The notes below the pieces were generated by a model. The model worked only from the letters and a program-made list of their open reading frames with translations. It was not told the DNA's origin and ran no database searches. Made by a program: the position numbers and the translations under genes. Shown one piece after another: positions 17,763-27,447 of a stretch of 64,000 nt of DNA (the stretch's first letter is position 1; every line of letters begins with the position of its first letter). This stretch comes from an uncultured Fibrobacterota bacterium (GTDB lineage: Bacteria > Fibrobacterota > Chitinivibrionia > Chitinivibrionales > FEN-1185), in contig CAVSQB010000011.1 in NCBI GenBank assembly GCA_963729895.1, forward strand, positions 27,441 through 91,440. The letters are read 5' to 3'.

Positions 17763-19277
17763 ATGAACGCAAAGATTTGCAATTTCCGTCTTGGTAGTTC
17801 AGCAGTTCTTCTTCTGGCCGCATTTCTTGTTTCCGGCGCCCAACCCGTTTCCGTTTCCGGCACCGTCACCAACCCCGATCTCATGCCTGTCCGCGGCGCG
17901 CTGGTCGCGCTTGACAAAGCCGGGCTGTCGGCAACAACCGACGCGAGCGGCGCGTTTTCGATTGCGGGAAATGCGGGTGTGGTGTCGGCAGTGTCACAGG
18001 CCGGTGTCAATTCAATATCAATGAGTGGAAACCTTGTTAGATTCTCATTATCGAAAGATGAACGGATCTCTCTTTCGGTTTTCAACTGCAAGGGAGAGGC
18101 AACAAGATCCGTTTCCGAGAAGGTATATACATCCGGGAGTCATTCGATTGAGATGGGGAAGTATGATGCCGCTGGATTGAAAATTGTCCGAATGGACATC
18201 GGCTCGTTTTCATACACTTTCAGAGTTATTGATATTCAGGGAAATACGGCCCAATCATTCATCAATAAACAAAATCAGAATGTGCCCTTGTCAAAAACGT
18301 CTGCCGGCGTTGATTCTCTGAAGGTAACAGCTGCACGCTACAACCAGCTTATGCAAGGCCTCGGCTCCTACACCCAGTCGAACCTGAAGCTCGTGATCAC
18401 GTCGTCCATCGACACCGGCATCGGCGCGAGCCTGCACGGCTGCCGGCCGTTTCCCGACGACAATCCGTGGAACACGCCGGTCGACAAGGACTCGGTGGAC
18501 CCGCTGTCCGACAAGATTATCGCGGGCATAGGGCTCAACGTGCCGTTGCACCCGGACTTCTGCGGCCAGTGGAACGGCGGGGTGTGCGGCATCCCGTATG
18601 TGGTGGTGACCTCCAAGACGCCCAAAGTCAGCGTGACCTTCGACTACGCCGACGAAAGCGATCCCGGCCCGTATCCGATTCCGGCTGATGCACCCATCGA
18701 GGGCGGGCCCGCCTCAACGGGCGACCGGCACATTCTTATGCTTGACAGAGACAACTGGATCCTGTACGAGCTGTACGCGGCGTATCCGCCCGGAACGGGC
18801 TGGACCGCAGGCTCGGGCGCGATCTTCAATCTGGATTCCGACTCTCTGCGGCCGGCAGGCTGGACGTCCGCCGACGCTGCCGGGCTGCCTATCTTTCCCG
18901 GCCTGGTGCGCTACGATGAAGTGGTCGAACAGAAACAAATTCTGCATGCGGTCCGGTTCACGGTTGTCAACTCGCGGAACGCCTATATTCCTCCGGCAAC
19001 GCATTACGCAAGCAGCAAGACCGCAGACACGCTCCCGCCCATGGGCATGCGCGTGCGGCTCAAGGCGAGCGTCGATATTTCGGGCTATTCCGCGAACATG
19101 CAGGTGATCCTCACGGCGCTCAAGACCTACGGCATGATCGTGGCCGACAACGGCTCCAACTGGTATGTATCCGGCGCGCCGGACTCAAGGTTGAACGACG
19201 ACGAATTGAATACCCTCAAGCAGATAACGGGAAGTGATTTTGAGGTTGTCAAGATGAGGGGAATTGTGACGCAATAA
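17763..19277 (+). CDS. Secreted protein: carboxypeptidase-regulatory-like module, beta-sandwich, and a conserved C-terminal domain of unknown function
   Basis: RBS ggaggt 9 nt upstream of ATG 17763. Signal peptide. VSGTVTNPDLMPVRGALVALD..TDASGAFSI. C-terminal blocks GDRHILMLDRDNWILYELY, RPAGWTSADAAGLPIFPGLVRYDEV, HAVRFT, YGMIVADNGSNWYVSG. Confidence 0.65.
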   Translation: MNAKICNFRLGSSAVLLLAAFLVSGAQPVSVSGTVTNPDLMPVRGALVALDKAGLSATTDASGAFSIAGNAGVVSAVSQAGVNSISMSGNLVRFSLSKDERISLSVFNCKGEATRSVSEKVYTSGSHSIEMGKYDAAGLKIVRMDIGSFSYTFRVIDIQGNTAQSFINKQNQNVPLSKTSAGVDSLKVTAARYNQLMQGLGSYTQSNLKLVITSSIDTGIGASLHGCRPFPDDNPWNTPVDKDSVDPLSDKIIAGIGLNVPLHPDFCGQWNGGVCGIPYVVVTSKTPKVSVTFDYADESDPGPYPIPADAPIEGGPASTGDRHILMLDRDNWILYELYAAYPPGTGWTAGSGAIFNLDSDSLRPAGWTSADAAGLPIFPGLVRYDEVVEQKQILHAVRFTVVNSRNAYIPPATHYASSKTADTLPPMGMRVRLKASVDISGYSANMQVILTALKTYGMIVADNGSNWYVSGAPDSRLNDDELNTLKQITGSDFEVVKMRGIVTQ

Positions 19278-19313
19278 GTTGGGGTCAGGGAAATTGTAAC
19301 GAAGATTGAGCGT

Positions 19314-19430
19314 TTCCCTCGCTTCGGGCTCGGCCGTTGGGCCTTCGTTGCCGGACCGCCCTGATGCCTTTCGGCAGGGTCGGCCGGCAATGCGCTACAG
19401 CGCACCCTGCGGTCCTGCCTAACGCGAAAG
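19314..19430 (+). repeat. R2 GC-rich 3-prime-flank element, copy 1 (lacks the 5-prime hairpin module)
   Basis: Starts 37 nt after the stop of 17763-19277. Shares cttcgggctcggccg, gcct(t)cgttgccggaccgccc, gggtcggccggcaatgcgc and ccctgcggtcctgcct..gcgcgaaag with the copies at 28054 and 35213. Confidence 0.75.
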
Positions 19431-19565
19431 ACAATGAATAGAAACCCAACAATTTCAGTCTGTCGGATGAGAGAAAGACAATTGCAGAAGAAGACAACAC
19501 TTCGAGCGCACCGAAGCAATCTACGGTTATATTGCGGAAAATAAGTGTTTCACGAAAGGATAGCC

Positions 19566-21032
19566 ATGAAGGAATCGCTGTGTTTGACTGTAGTTTTCTG
19601 CGTTGCGATTGTCTTTTTACCTGTAAACGCCCGGATGCGGTCTGTCGACGGTTCCGCCGGCAATGACACCTACACCGGCACCACACTTGCCCCCTGGAAA
19701 ACTCTTCAGCACGCTGCCGACAATATCGGTCCCGGTGATACGGTGATTGTGGAGCCGGGCATGTACGCAGGGTTTGAAATGGGATGGGACAATCCTGAAA
19801 ACGGCACCGCCGCATCGCCGATCGTGTTTCTTGCCCAGCCGGGCGCCGTCATAAACAGCCGCAACGCCAAGACCGCGGACGGCATCGATCTCGAAGGAGC
19901 GAGTTACATCGTGGTTGACGGGTTTACCGTCAAGAATGCCGGCGCCATTTCGCGCGCGGGCATTCGCGCCGTCACCGACACCGGCGTTGTCATCCGCAAC
20001 AACACCATCGACAGCTGCGGCACATGGGGAATTCTCACCGGGTTCAGCCAGAACATTCTCATCGAGAACAACGTCACGTCGCGCGCTGTTGTCCAGCACG
20101 GGATTTACTTCGGCAACAGCGCGGACAACCCGGTCATTCGCGGCAACAGGGTCTTTTCGAACAATGCCAACGGCATCCACATGAACGGCGACGTGTCCCA
20201 GGGCGGGGACGGTATCATTTCCAACGCGCTTGTGGAGAACAACATCATTTACAACAACGGGCTCGCGGGCGGATCGGGTATCAACTGCGACGGCGTGAAG
20301 AACTCCCGGTTCCAGAACAACCTTCTGTACAACAACCATGCAAGCGGGATTTCTCTGTACCAGACCGACGCAAGCGGGCCGTCGGTGAACGACACCGTGG
20401 TGAACAATACCATCCTCGAGGCTTCCGACGCACGCTGGTGCATCAACATCAAGAGCGGCTCCACCGGAACCATCCTGCAAAACAATATTCTTTACAATTA
20501 TCATTCATGGCACGGCAGCATCGACCTGGATTCGGCGAGCCTGCCGGGGCTTGCGAGCGATTACAACATCGTGATGGACAGGCTCACGCCGGACGACAAC
20601 ACGGTGATGACGCTTGCCGTGTGGAGCGCGTCCACGGGCCAGGACACGCATTCGCTCGTTGCCGTGCCGACGCAGCTTTTCGTGAACACGACCGCCAACG
20701 ATTACCATCTGTTTGATACATGCGTTGCGGTCGACAGGGGAACGTCGAAGGACGCCCCGGCGACCGACATCGAAGGAACGCCCAGGCCGCAGGGGAAAGG
20801 CTGGGACATCGGTGCATACGAGGCTGTGACCGGGACAGGGCAGGTTGTCAACCGGATAGTTCCACATACTTTTCTTGGCGGGCCTGTGGGATTGAGCATT
20901 GTTGATTTGAGGGGAAGAATTGTTGCCGCAGGTTGCGGTGAAAGGGTTGGAGAATTGCCTTTTACCTCGGGGTATTATGTTGAACGGTTCAACGCATCCG
21001 TTGCAAACAGGGGAATACGGGTTGTGAGGTGA
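19566..21032 (+). CDS. Secreted right-handed parallel beta-helix repeat protein (pectate-lyase fold) with a beta-sandwich C-terminal tail
   Basis: Signal peptide MKESLCLTVVFCVAIVFLPVNA. Repeated NN(T/I)I..N..GI turns (IRNNTIDSCGTWGI, IENNVTS..HGIYF, IRGNRVFSNNANGIHM, VENNIIYNNG..GI, FQNNLLYNNHASGISL). Tail LSIVDLRGRIVA. Confidence 0.75.
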   Translation: MKESLCLTVVFCVAIVFLPVNARMRSVDGSAGNDTYTGTTLAPWKTLQHAADNIGPGDTVIVEPGMYAGFEMGWDNPENGTAASPIVFLAQPGAVINSRNAKTADGIDLEGASYIVVDGFTVKNAGAISRAGIRAVTDTGVVIRNNTIDSCGTWGILTGFSQNILIENNVTSRAVVQHGIYFGNSADNPVIRGNRVFSNNANGIHMNGDVSQGGDGIISNALVENNIIYNNGLAGGSGINCDGVKNSRFQNNLLYNNHASGISLYQTDASGPSVNDTVVNNTILEASDARWCINIKSGSTGTILQNNILYNYHSWHGSIDLDSASLPGLASDYNIVMDRLTPDDNTVMTLAVWSASTGQDTHSLVAVPTQLFVNTTANDYHLFDTCVAVDRGTSKDAPATDIEGTPRPQGKGWDIGAYEAVTGTGQVVNRIVPHTFLGGPVGLSIVDLRGRIVAAGCGERVGELPFTSGYYVERFNASVANRGIRVVR

Positions 21033-21392
21033 GGATGGTGGCGTCGATAAGCTGCAGACGGCATGCCTGGAAAGGAGAATAAGCGGACAGAATTTGAGAA
21101 CAAGATCATTCAAGAGCTGGAATCTCGTAGGGAAATGCCTGCTATGGCCCCCAAAAAAACTCTTGCCGCCGGCGCCGCCCAAAATCAGCCCGTGAACAAA
21201 CAAGCTTTCGCATGCCACTGGACCCCGGCCCGTGCCCGTAAATATTTTCAACATATTAGAAATGAACCCTAAAGCAAGTGGGGCATTGGAATACTCCGGG
21301 CCATTTTCCAAAGTCGACCAAAGCGGGGCATATCCAACTTTTCCCCAAACTTTTGGCACGGCAAATCCGAACCTCATAAAAGGAAGTCAACC

Positions 21393-22361
21393 ATGCATTA
21401 CAGATCCTTCGGACGAACCGGGTGGCAGGTAAGCGAAATAGGCTATGGCATGTGGGGGCTTGCAGGCTGGACTGGGTCAAACGATCTTGAGTCCGAAGCG
21501 TCGCTCGATTCTGCAGCGGAGCGCGGATGCAATTTCTTCGACACTGCCTGGGGCTACGGCGAAGGAAAAAGCGAACAGATCCTCGGCAGGCTTGTAAAGC
21601 GCCAGGCCGGAAAGAAAATTTACGTTGCCACGAAAATCCCGCCGAAGAATTTCAAGTGGCCGTCCAAGCGGGGCTACACGCTCGACGACTGCTTCCCGCC
21701 CGACCACATCGCCGCCTACACGGGCAAAAGCCTGCGGAACCTCGACGCGGCCATCGACCTCCTGCAGTTTCATGTGTGGGAAGACTCGTGGGCCAACGAT
21801 TCGCGGTGGCAGGAAGCCGTCGCGAAGCTCAAACGGCAGGGAAAGGTTCATGCGATCGGCGTGAGCGTCAACCGCTGGGAACCGGAGAATTGCCTCAAAA
21901 CCCTTGAAACCGGCCTGATCGACTCGGTGCAGGTCATCTACAATATTTTCGACCAGTCGCCGGAGGACAGGCTTTTTCCCTTTTGCAAAGAACACGGGAT
22001 CGCCGTGATTGCGCGTGTGCCGTTCGACGAAGGGACCCTCAGCGGCGCCGTGACTGCCGGCACGAAGTTCCCGGCAGACGATTGGCGGGGCACCTATTTT
22101 GTCCCTGAAAACCTCGCTGCCAGCGTTGAGCGCGTGGAACGGCTCAAGGAAATCCTGCCGCAGGGCGTGCCGCTTCCCCAGATGGCGCTCCGGTTTATTC
22201 TGAGTAATCCCATTGTGTCAACCACAATTCCCGGAATGAGAAAATTGGTCCACGTGGAATCCAACACGTCGGCAAGCGACGCTGGCCCGCTCACCGCGGC
22301 ACTGCTCGATGAGTTGAAAAAACACCGCTGGGACAGGCAGCCTACCGCCTGGTCGCAATAG
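21393..22361 (+). CDS. Aldo/keto reductase family oxidoreductase
   Basis: MHYRSFGRTGWQVSEIGYGMWGLAG.., FFDTAWGYGEGKSEQILG, IDLLQFHVWE, GVSVN, PGMRK. Confidence 0.85.
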   Translation: MHYRSFGRTGWQVSEIGYGMWGLAGWTGSNDLESEASLDSAAERGCNFFDTAWGYGEGKSEQILGRLVKRQAGKKIYVATKIPPKNFKWPSKRGYTLDDCFPPDHIAAYTGKSLRNLDAAIDLLQFHVWEDSWANDSRWQEAVAKLKRQGKVHAIGVSVNRWEPENCLKTLETGLIDSVQVIYNIFDQSPEDRLFPFCKEHGIAVIARVPFDEGTLSGAVTAGTKFPADDWRGTYFVPENLAASVERVERLKEILPQGVPLPQMALRFILSNPIVSTTIPGMRKLVHVESNTSASDAGPLTAALLDELKKHRWDRQPTAWSQ

Positions 22362-22845
22362 GTGTTGAAGGCGGGCGCTCGTCCGACCAGGCAATTCTCG
22401 ACCCTTTTTTCCAGTTTTCAAACGGGTTGAAATGCCGGAATTTTTCGATGAGATAGTGCGAACGGGCCGCGCCGGCGAGGGCGATGCAAATTCCGAAGAT
22501 CCCCAGAAAAAGCAGCAGCCTGCCTCTGAGGACCGCTCGTTTCCCCGTGATGACCTTTGTATCGTGGATGACCTTCTGGCCCGGGTAGGGCATACGTTGA
22601 GAGGATATTATTCTTCTGCCTATGACGATAAGGTAGCACGCCGGTCCCACGAACACGAACATGGCGCACATGATGACGATTTCCGAGACATTCATCAATG
22701 CAGGGAATGTCAGGTGGTCCATGTAGGCGCGAAAAGGGCGCACTCCCAGACTGATGGCAAGGAAAATCACAACAATACAAATTGCATAGGCCGCAAAGAG
22801 CCGTGTCCTGTACTGCTTGTCCGTTTTGATGACCTCAAGTTCCAT
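22342..22845 (-). CDS. Small integral membrane protein, function unknown
   Basis: 167 aa with three hydrophobic helices. RBS aaggtaaggag precedes the ATG. Convergently overlaps the reductase gene by 20 nt. Confidence 0.55.
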   Translation of the reverse strand: MELEVIKTDKQYRTRLFAAYAICIVVIFLAISLGVRPFRAYMDHLTFPALMNVSEIVIMCAMFVFVGPACYLIVIGRRIISSQRMPYPGQKVIHDTKVITGKRAVLRGRLLLFLGIFGICIALAGAARSHYLIEKFRHFNPFENWKKGSRIAWSDERPPSTPIATRR

Positions 22846-22912
22846 AGCTCCTTACCTTTCCCAAAGGTGTGCCGGTCAGGAAAAATCGGGCCCGCTACGG
22901 GGCATACAAAAC

Positions 22913-22941
22913 ATAATCGATGCAAAAGGTGTCGTTGTCAA
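22913..22941 (-). promoter_or_regulatory. Candidate sigma70-like promoter for the 22342-22845 gene
   Basis: Minus strand reads TTGACA, a 17-nt spacer, then GATTAT, about 65 nt upstream of the ATG. Promoter consensus usage in this organism is assumed, not known. Confidence 0.3.
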
Positions 22942-23079
22942 GAGATTTGAACCGGACGGTGTGCGGCGCGGCTTGCTCATGCAGGTAGATCCCGGTTGAG
23001 TTCCATCATCCTGCCTTCCATCCGTTCAGAAAGAAACCGGAAATCGTAACAAAATGCGACTCGAACGTGGGTGGGTGCG

Positions 23080-23577
23080 CTAGGCAGTGGAAACGGAACT
23101 GTCCTTCCTGCGCGGTCTTCTCACTATGGCCCGCAACAGATACGCGACTACGGCGCAGTTCACCATAAGGATCACCGCCTTTGTACCGGTGGCGTGCCTT
23201 ACCATCTCGAATATCTCCAAAGGAATAAACAACCCCGTTTCGAACACAGTCATGTATTCGGCCCACCGTTGCGCCAGGAGCAGGCCGGCTCCTTCCACAA
23301 ACAGCAGGCCGGCAAACCCGAAGGTGACTGCGCTTATCTCCTCGAGCATGCGGTTGTCAACCAGGTTGAGGCTCGCGAGCATGCTCTGGACAAAACGGTT
23401 TTCGAGGTCGATGTGGAGCCGCGTGATCCAAAAGGAAAAGAGCTCGCCAACGTCCTTGTCGAGCAGGTGAAGTGCGCCGATGGCGAGTACAACGAGCAAG
23501 CCCCCTTTTGTCAGTTTGAAAAGGGCGATAAGAATGATTCCTGGAGGAGGGCGGGAGAACTTCGGCATGCGGCTCAC
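23080..23577 (-). CDS. DUF2127-like membrane protein
   Basis: 165 aa. IILIALFKLTKGGLLVVLAIGALHLL... and four predicted helices. Family call made from memory of the DUF2127 pattern. Confidence 0.55.
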   Translation of the reverse strand: MSRMPKFSRPPPGIILIALFKLTKGGLLVVLAIGALHLLDKDVGELFSFWITRLHIDLENRFVQSMLASLNLVDNRMLEEISAVTFGFAGLLFVEGAGLLLAQRWAEYMTVFETGLFIPLEIFEMVRHATGTKAVILMVNCAVVAYLLRAIVRRPRRKDSSVSTA

Positions 23578-23609
23578 GTTGGATGTTCACACCGTTCTTT
23601 GGAAATGGT

Positions 23610-25511
23610 TTACAGCAGGGAAACGATCCGCCGTATCTTTGCTTTCGAAAGCTTAGTTTGTCGCAGCGTTTCCTTAACAAAATAATCCTGCGACGCAGGC
23701 GTGTGCGCCGCATCGTAATCGTCCAGTATGGTTGCGCCGCGCTCATCGTCCTTCTTTTTCGCCGCCAGCGTGTCGAGCGCGATTTTATCATGTATGTCAA
23801 GGAGCCGGACAAGATTTTTCTTCACGCTGCGAACGGCATAGCCTTCCTTTTTCAAGACCGCGCGTTGATGTTCCCACACGGGGTCGCCCGTCGACTTCCG
23901 GTACACGGTTGCCGCGGCCGCGCCTCCCGCCATGCGGTCAAGGAGCCCGCAAAGGCAGTAATACTCGATATATAGTGAATAAGCGTGAATGCCGTTGTAA
24001 CGGCTTTGCTCGGTGATGTAGTTCCTGCCCAGGCCCGGGATATGGCCGGAATCGTACCACGCCCGCTTCTCCGTTATGCCCGCAAGGCGGTCGCGCGCGC
24101 TGATGATCAGGTCCGCCGTTTCGGGCCTCAGCACCTCTAAGGAGAAGACGCTGCGCGTGGCCTTATTACGCTCCCGGAATTTTGCCTCGTTTCTGCGCAG
24201 GGCATAGATGTTGTCGCTCAGCACCCATCCGGGAAAGAGCTCATTGAGAAACGGGGCGACGCCGTCGATGCGGCTTGAAGGGAAATTGATAAGAGAGAAA
24301 GGAAACTCCAGGCGCTGGGGAAGCGTGGTGACCCCGGTGGCGATGACGCTGTAGGGAGCGCGCGTAAAGTCGGCCGGATATTTGACATTCACGCCAAGCC
24401 CGAAGAAAGTGCCTTCTCCGCACCACAGTTCCTGGTCGGGCGCGCGTGACGTATGGTTGGACCCGACATTCGCCCCGCCGGCGACATTACCTTTGCCTTC
24501 CGGCCACAGCGCTCCGATGAGCAATGCCTGATGATGGAGCCCGACAAACGGTCCCACCAGACTTGCCGTGACTTCACCTTCCGCGATGTGCGTGTTGGGG
24601 CCGACAATGCTCTGCAACACCTTGGCATGACGATTGACAACCGAATGTTCGAGCAGGACCGAGTTTTCAACGATTGCCATCGAGTCAACCCTGCCACCCC
24701 ATTGCACGCAGGAATTACGCACCAGCGCGCCGTGGCCTACAAAGGCCGGTTCTTTGGCCGATCCCAGGACGGTGCAGTTCTCCAGAAGCGCGGCGCCGTC
24801 GATAACGCAACCGGGACCCACAAATGAGTCCCGGATTTCCTGAACGCACCGGATGGTGCAGCCCGCTTCCGCAACGCCGACCGTGACGGTGCACGCATCC
24901 CGGTATTTCTTCACGAAACGGGAGTACGCCTCCTGCAAAGCCCTGTTGCCGCGGCCCAGCGCGACCGCCTGCGCAATGGGAATAGTGAGTTCTGCAAAGC
25001 CGGCCACTTCGCGGCCGCCGGTTTCGATTCCCACCGGTACCGCTATTCCGTTGCCGAAAGAAGTGCGTCCGGAACACAGCAGCGCTCCCACCGAAAACAC
25101 AACCGCTTTTTCGCCCACCAGGTAGCGCGACACCGCGGCATTGTACACCACGCTGTTGGAGCCGATTTCCGAATCGGCGATGACGCTTTTGTAAATTCCG
25201 GGCGGAACGGAGAGGGAAGCGTCGATCTCAATTGGCTTGCGGTCGAACGCGCCCAGGGCGCAGTTTCCTGTGAAGATGGAGCCGGAAACGGCATCGGGAC
25301 GAAAGCCGCGGGCAACGAGGATCAAAGACCAGCTGGAGCATGAATTCCCGCGCGCCTCGAGCCTGCGAATTTCGTCGCTTGTCAAATGGCGCACCGCGTT
25401 TCCGAACAGCCTGGTTGCGCCCGGTTTCTTTTCCACAATGCGCAGTGCGTCAAGAAAGTCCGACGAGTCAATAATGCCGCCGATGAGGCGTTCCAGGTCC
25501 CGGATCATCAT
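23610..25511 (-). CDS. DUF4954-like protein (left-handed beta-helix repeats)
   Basis: 633 aa. N-terminal RHLTSDEIRRLEARGNSCSSWSLILV..F.P..VSGSIFTGNCALG, followed by many hexapeptide-like repeats (VIDGAALLENCTVLG.., VRNSCVQWGGRVDSMAIVENSVLLEHSVV). Confidence 0.55.
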   Translation of the reverse strand: MMIRDLERLIGGIIDSSDFLDALRIVEKKPGATRLFGNAVRHLTSDEIRRLEARGNSCSSWSLILVARGFRPDAVSGSIFTGNCALGAFDRKPIEIDASLSVPPGIYKSVIADSEIGSNSVVYNAAVSRYLVGEKAVVFSVGALLCSGRTSFGNGIAVPVGIETGGREVAGFAELTIPIAQAVALGRGNRALQEAYSRFVKKYRDACTVTVGVAEAGCTIRCVQEIRDSFVGPGCVIDGAALLENCTVLGSAKEPAFVGHGALVRNSCVQWGGRVDSMAIVENSVLLEHSVVNRHAKVLQSIVGPNTHIAEGEVTASLVGPFVGLHHQALLIGALWPEGKGNVAGGANVGSNHTSRAPDQELWCGEGTFFGLGVNVKYPADFTRAPYSVIATGVTTLPQRLEFPFSLINFPSSRIDGVAPFLNELFPGWVLSDNIYALRRNEAKFRERNKATRSVFSLEVLRPETADLIISARDRLAGITEKRAWYDSGHIPGLGRNYITEQSRYNGIHAYSLYIEYYCLCGLLDRMAGGAAAATVYRKSTGDPVWEHQRAVLKKEGYAVRSVKKNLVRLLDIHDKIALDTLAAKKKDDERGATILDDYDAAHTPASQDYFVKETLRQTKLSKAKIRRIVSLL

Positions 25512-25669
25512 GCTCCAACCGGATGAAAGACACGCGTGGTTTCGCCGCGGGGGCGATCAATCCGTAATGAAATTATGACAATCCATGCTCAAATGCAAGC
25601 AAGGCCTTGCGTAAAGAAAAGCAATGGGGGACCGGTCTGTAACGCCGGCACGAAACCTGCGTCACAAGG

Positions 25670-27094
25670 CTACAGGCGGGAGAAGTAGATCGAGCGGGAG
25701 GTGCGCGACCCTGCGAGGTGCAGGTAATAGCCGCCGCAGCCGGCCTTTCCCCCGGACGCGGTGAGGCCGTTCCACGAGTAGCTCCGGGGGCCGACTTCGC
25801 TGAGGGAACAAACCAGCCTGCCTGCCGGCGAGTAAATTGACGCATTAAGAATTGGCTCGCCTGCGGGAAAGGAAAACCGCAGGGCGCGCCCCCTGCCGAG
25901 AAGGAGCTCGCAGGTTTCGCCGCCGTTCACCATCGCCCGGGGCGGGTAATTGACAGACTGGACAGCGGAAACTTCAACCCACCCGCGGCCGGAGTTCTGG
26001 TCGGGCGTCAGTGCGGTGAGGTTCTGCCTGTCGGCATCCGAGTACCCGAAGGCGGTGATGAACTGATTGAGCAGGGCGTCCGGGTGCGTGGTGCATTTCA
26101 TGATGTCGATGCGGATCTTCCGCGTTGTCAAATAATCCACGGCCGGACCGAACGTGCCCATCACCAGATAGTAAGGACTGACATTGGGAATTGCGCTCCA
26201 GTCGCCAACGGTCGACGACCACAGCGAATCGACGATGCACAGCTGCTGCCTGCACGGAACGCCCGGGCCCGGGGTGCCGATGATGGCATCGTTTTTGTTA
26301 AGTTCGAACAACTGCGCGAGGTTCTGGGGGCAATTTTGGCCGTGTGCCGCCCGGGTAATAGTACCCACGTGATTCTTAAGCGTCATGGTGAGTCCAACCC
26401 ATGTGGCAATGTGCGGCTTGTTTACTCCGATATCTATCAGAATGTCTGCATTCTGGATAATGGTGGTGCATTTGAGCGCTTCGCCCATTACGGTAACGGG
26501 AAAGGTGTCTCCACCGTTGCTCACCACAACATCCGCGGGGAGCAAGGTGCCTCGGAAGCCGTTATAGTTCGCCACGGCGTTGTCCATGGTGTCGTAAATG
26601 GTAATGTTCTGGAAGGGAACGCCGAAGCCGGCCAGTACCCTGCACACTTTGTCGATGATGGCGGCGCGGGGGTGTATTCCCGTGACCGCGTCGAGGCCCG
26701 AACAGTTTACCTTTATGGCGGCAATCACGTCTTGCCATGATTTCGCGTCGGGTTTTCGCAAGATGATCGGCCACGCCGTTTGCGGGTCGGAGGCCTGGGC
26801 AAGTGCGCATGCCATGGAATCGAGGTCGGCGGACACCTGCGCGGCGTTCACCACGGCATTCTGGGAAACGGTGTCCCACTTGAGCGGGCTCGAGTTTTCC
26901 ATTGCCGAATCGCAGCATGCAACCACGCGAAGATTATCTATGGCGGGATTGATTTGCATGCCGGCTGTGAAGCCCGAGGCGGCGCCAAAGATCTTGCGCA
27001 CGCCCGCGGAGGCGGCCGCAAGTCCTGCCGCCGCGAAGGTGGAGGTTTTGAGAAAATTGCGTCTGCCTCTGTTGTGGGAATGTCGCCGCTTCAT
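25670..27094 (-). CDS. Tat-signal exported DUF362-like protein with a beta-sandwich C-terminal tail
   Basis: Twin-arginine motif RGRRNFLKTSTFAAAGLAAA. DUF362-like blocks AIKVNCSG..GIHPRAAIIDKVCRVL and ILIDIGVNKPHIATWVGLTMTLKNHVG. Tail IYSPAGRLVCSL. Start set at the second ATG (27094). Confidence 0.5.
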   Translation of the reverse strand: MKRRHSHNRGRRNFLKTSTFAAAGLAAASAGVRKIFGAASGFTAGMQINPAIDNLRVVACCDSAMENSSPLKWDTVSQNAVVNAAQVSADLDSMACALAQASDPQTAWPIILRKPDAKSWQDVIAAIKVNCSGLDAVTGIHPRAAIIDKVCRVLAGFGVPFQNITIYDTMDNAVANYNGFRGTLLPADVVVSNGGDTFPVTVMGEALKCTTIIQNADILIDIGVNKPHIATWVGLTMTLKNHVGTITRAAHGQNCPQNLAQLFELNKNDAIIGTPGPGVPCRQQLCIVDSLWSSTVGDWSAIPNVSPYYLVMGTFGPAVDYLTTRKIRIDIMKCTTHPDALLNQFITAFGYSDADRQNLTALTPDQNSGRGWVEVSAVQSVNYPPRAMVNGGETCELLLGRGRALRFSFPAGEPILNASIYSPAGRLVCSLSEVGPRSYSWNGLTASGGKAGCGGYYLHLAGSRTSRSIYFSRL

Positions 27095-27447
27095 ATTCAG
27101 TAAATATACCACTTTGTGGAGACATTAGGGATGAAAAATGACCCCACCTGCGCGGCATTTGAATACAGCCTCATGCCGGCCGTGATTCCCGGAAATTTAT
27201 CGCTTTCGCAACGTTTTTCCCATATTGAGAATCCACGCTAGAGACCTCCGGCGAAATGCAGAAGCGTCCGTTGTGTCCTCTTCTGCCGGGTGCAAATCAC
27301 GGCGGAACAGCTTTGGCAAGTTTCTTGCGACAATGAGCCGGTTATAATAGATTTACAACAATGCACCGCAGGAATATTCCTCTTTGCATCGGTTGATCGC
27401 CGCGAGTGCGGCTATACGTCACCCATTTACAAACATAAGGAGACCGT

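Noticed and set aside
21063-21432. Small ORFs (69 and 66 aa) upstream of the aldo/keto reductase gene
   Set aside because: They have no RBS, odd composition and mutual overlap, so the region is more likely a plain promoter region.
27319-27348. Sigma70-like promoter upstream of sodB (TATAAT at 27343-27348)
   Set aside because: The -10 hexamer is perfect, but no acceptable -35 lies at 16-18 nt (TTGCGA is only 12 nt away) and there is no extended -10 TG. The evidence is too weak to call.
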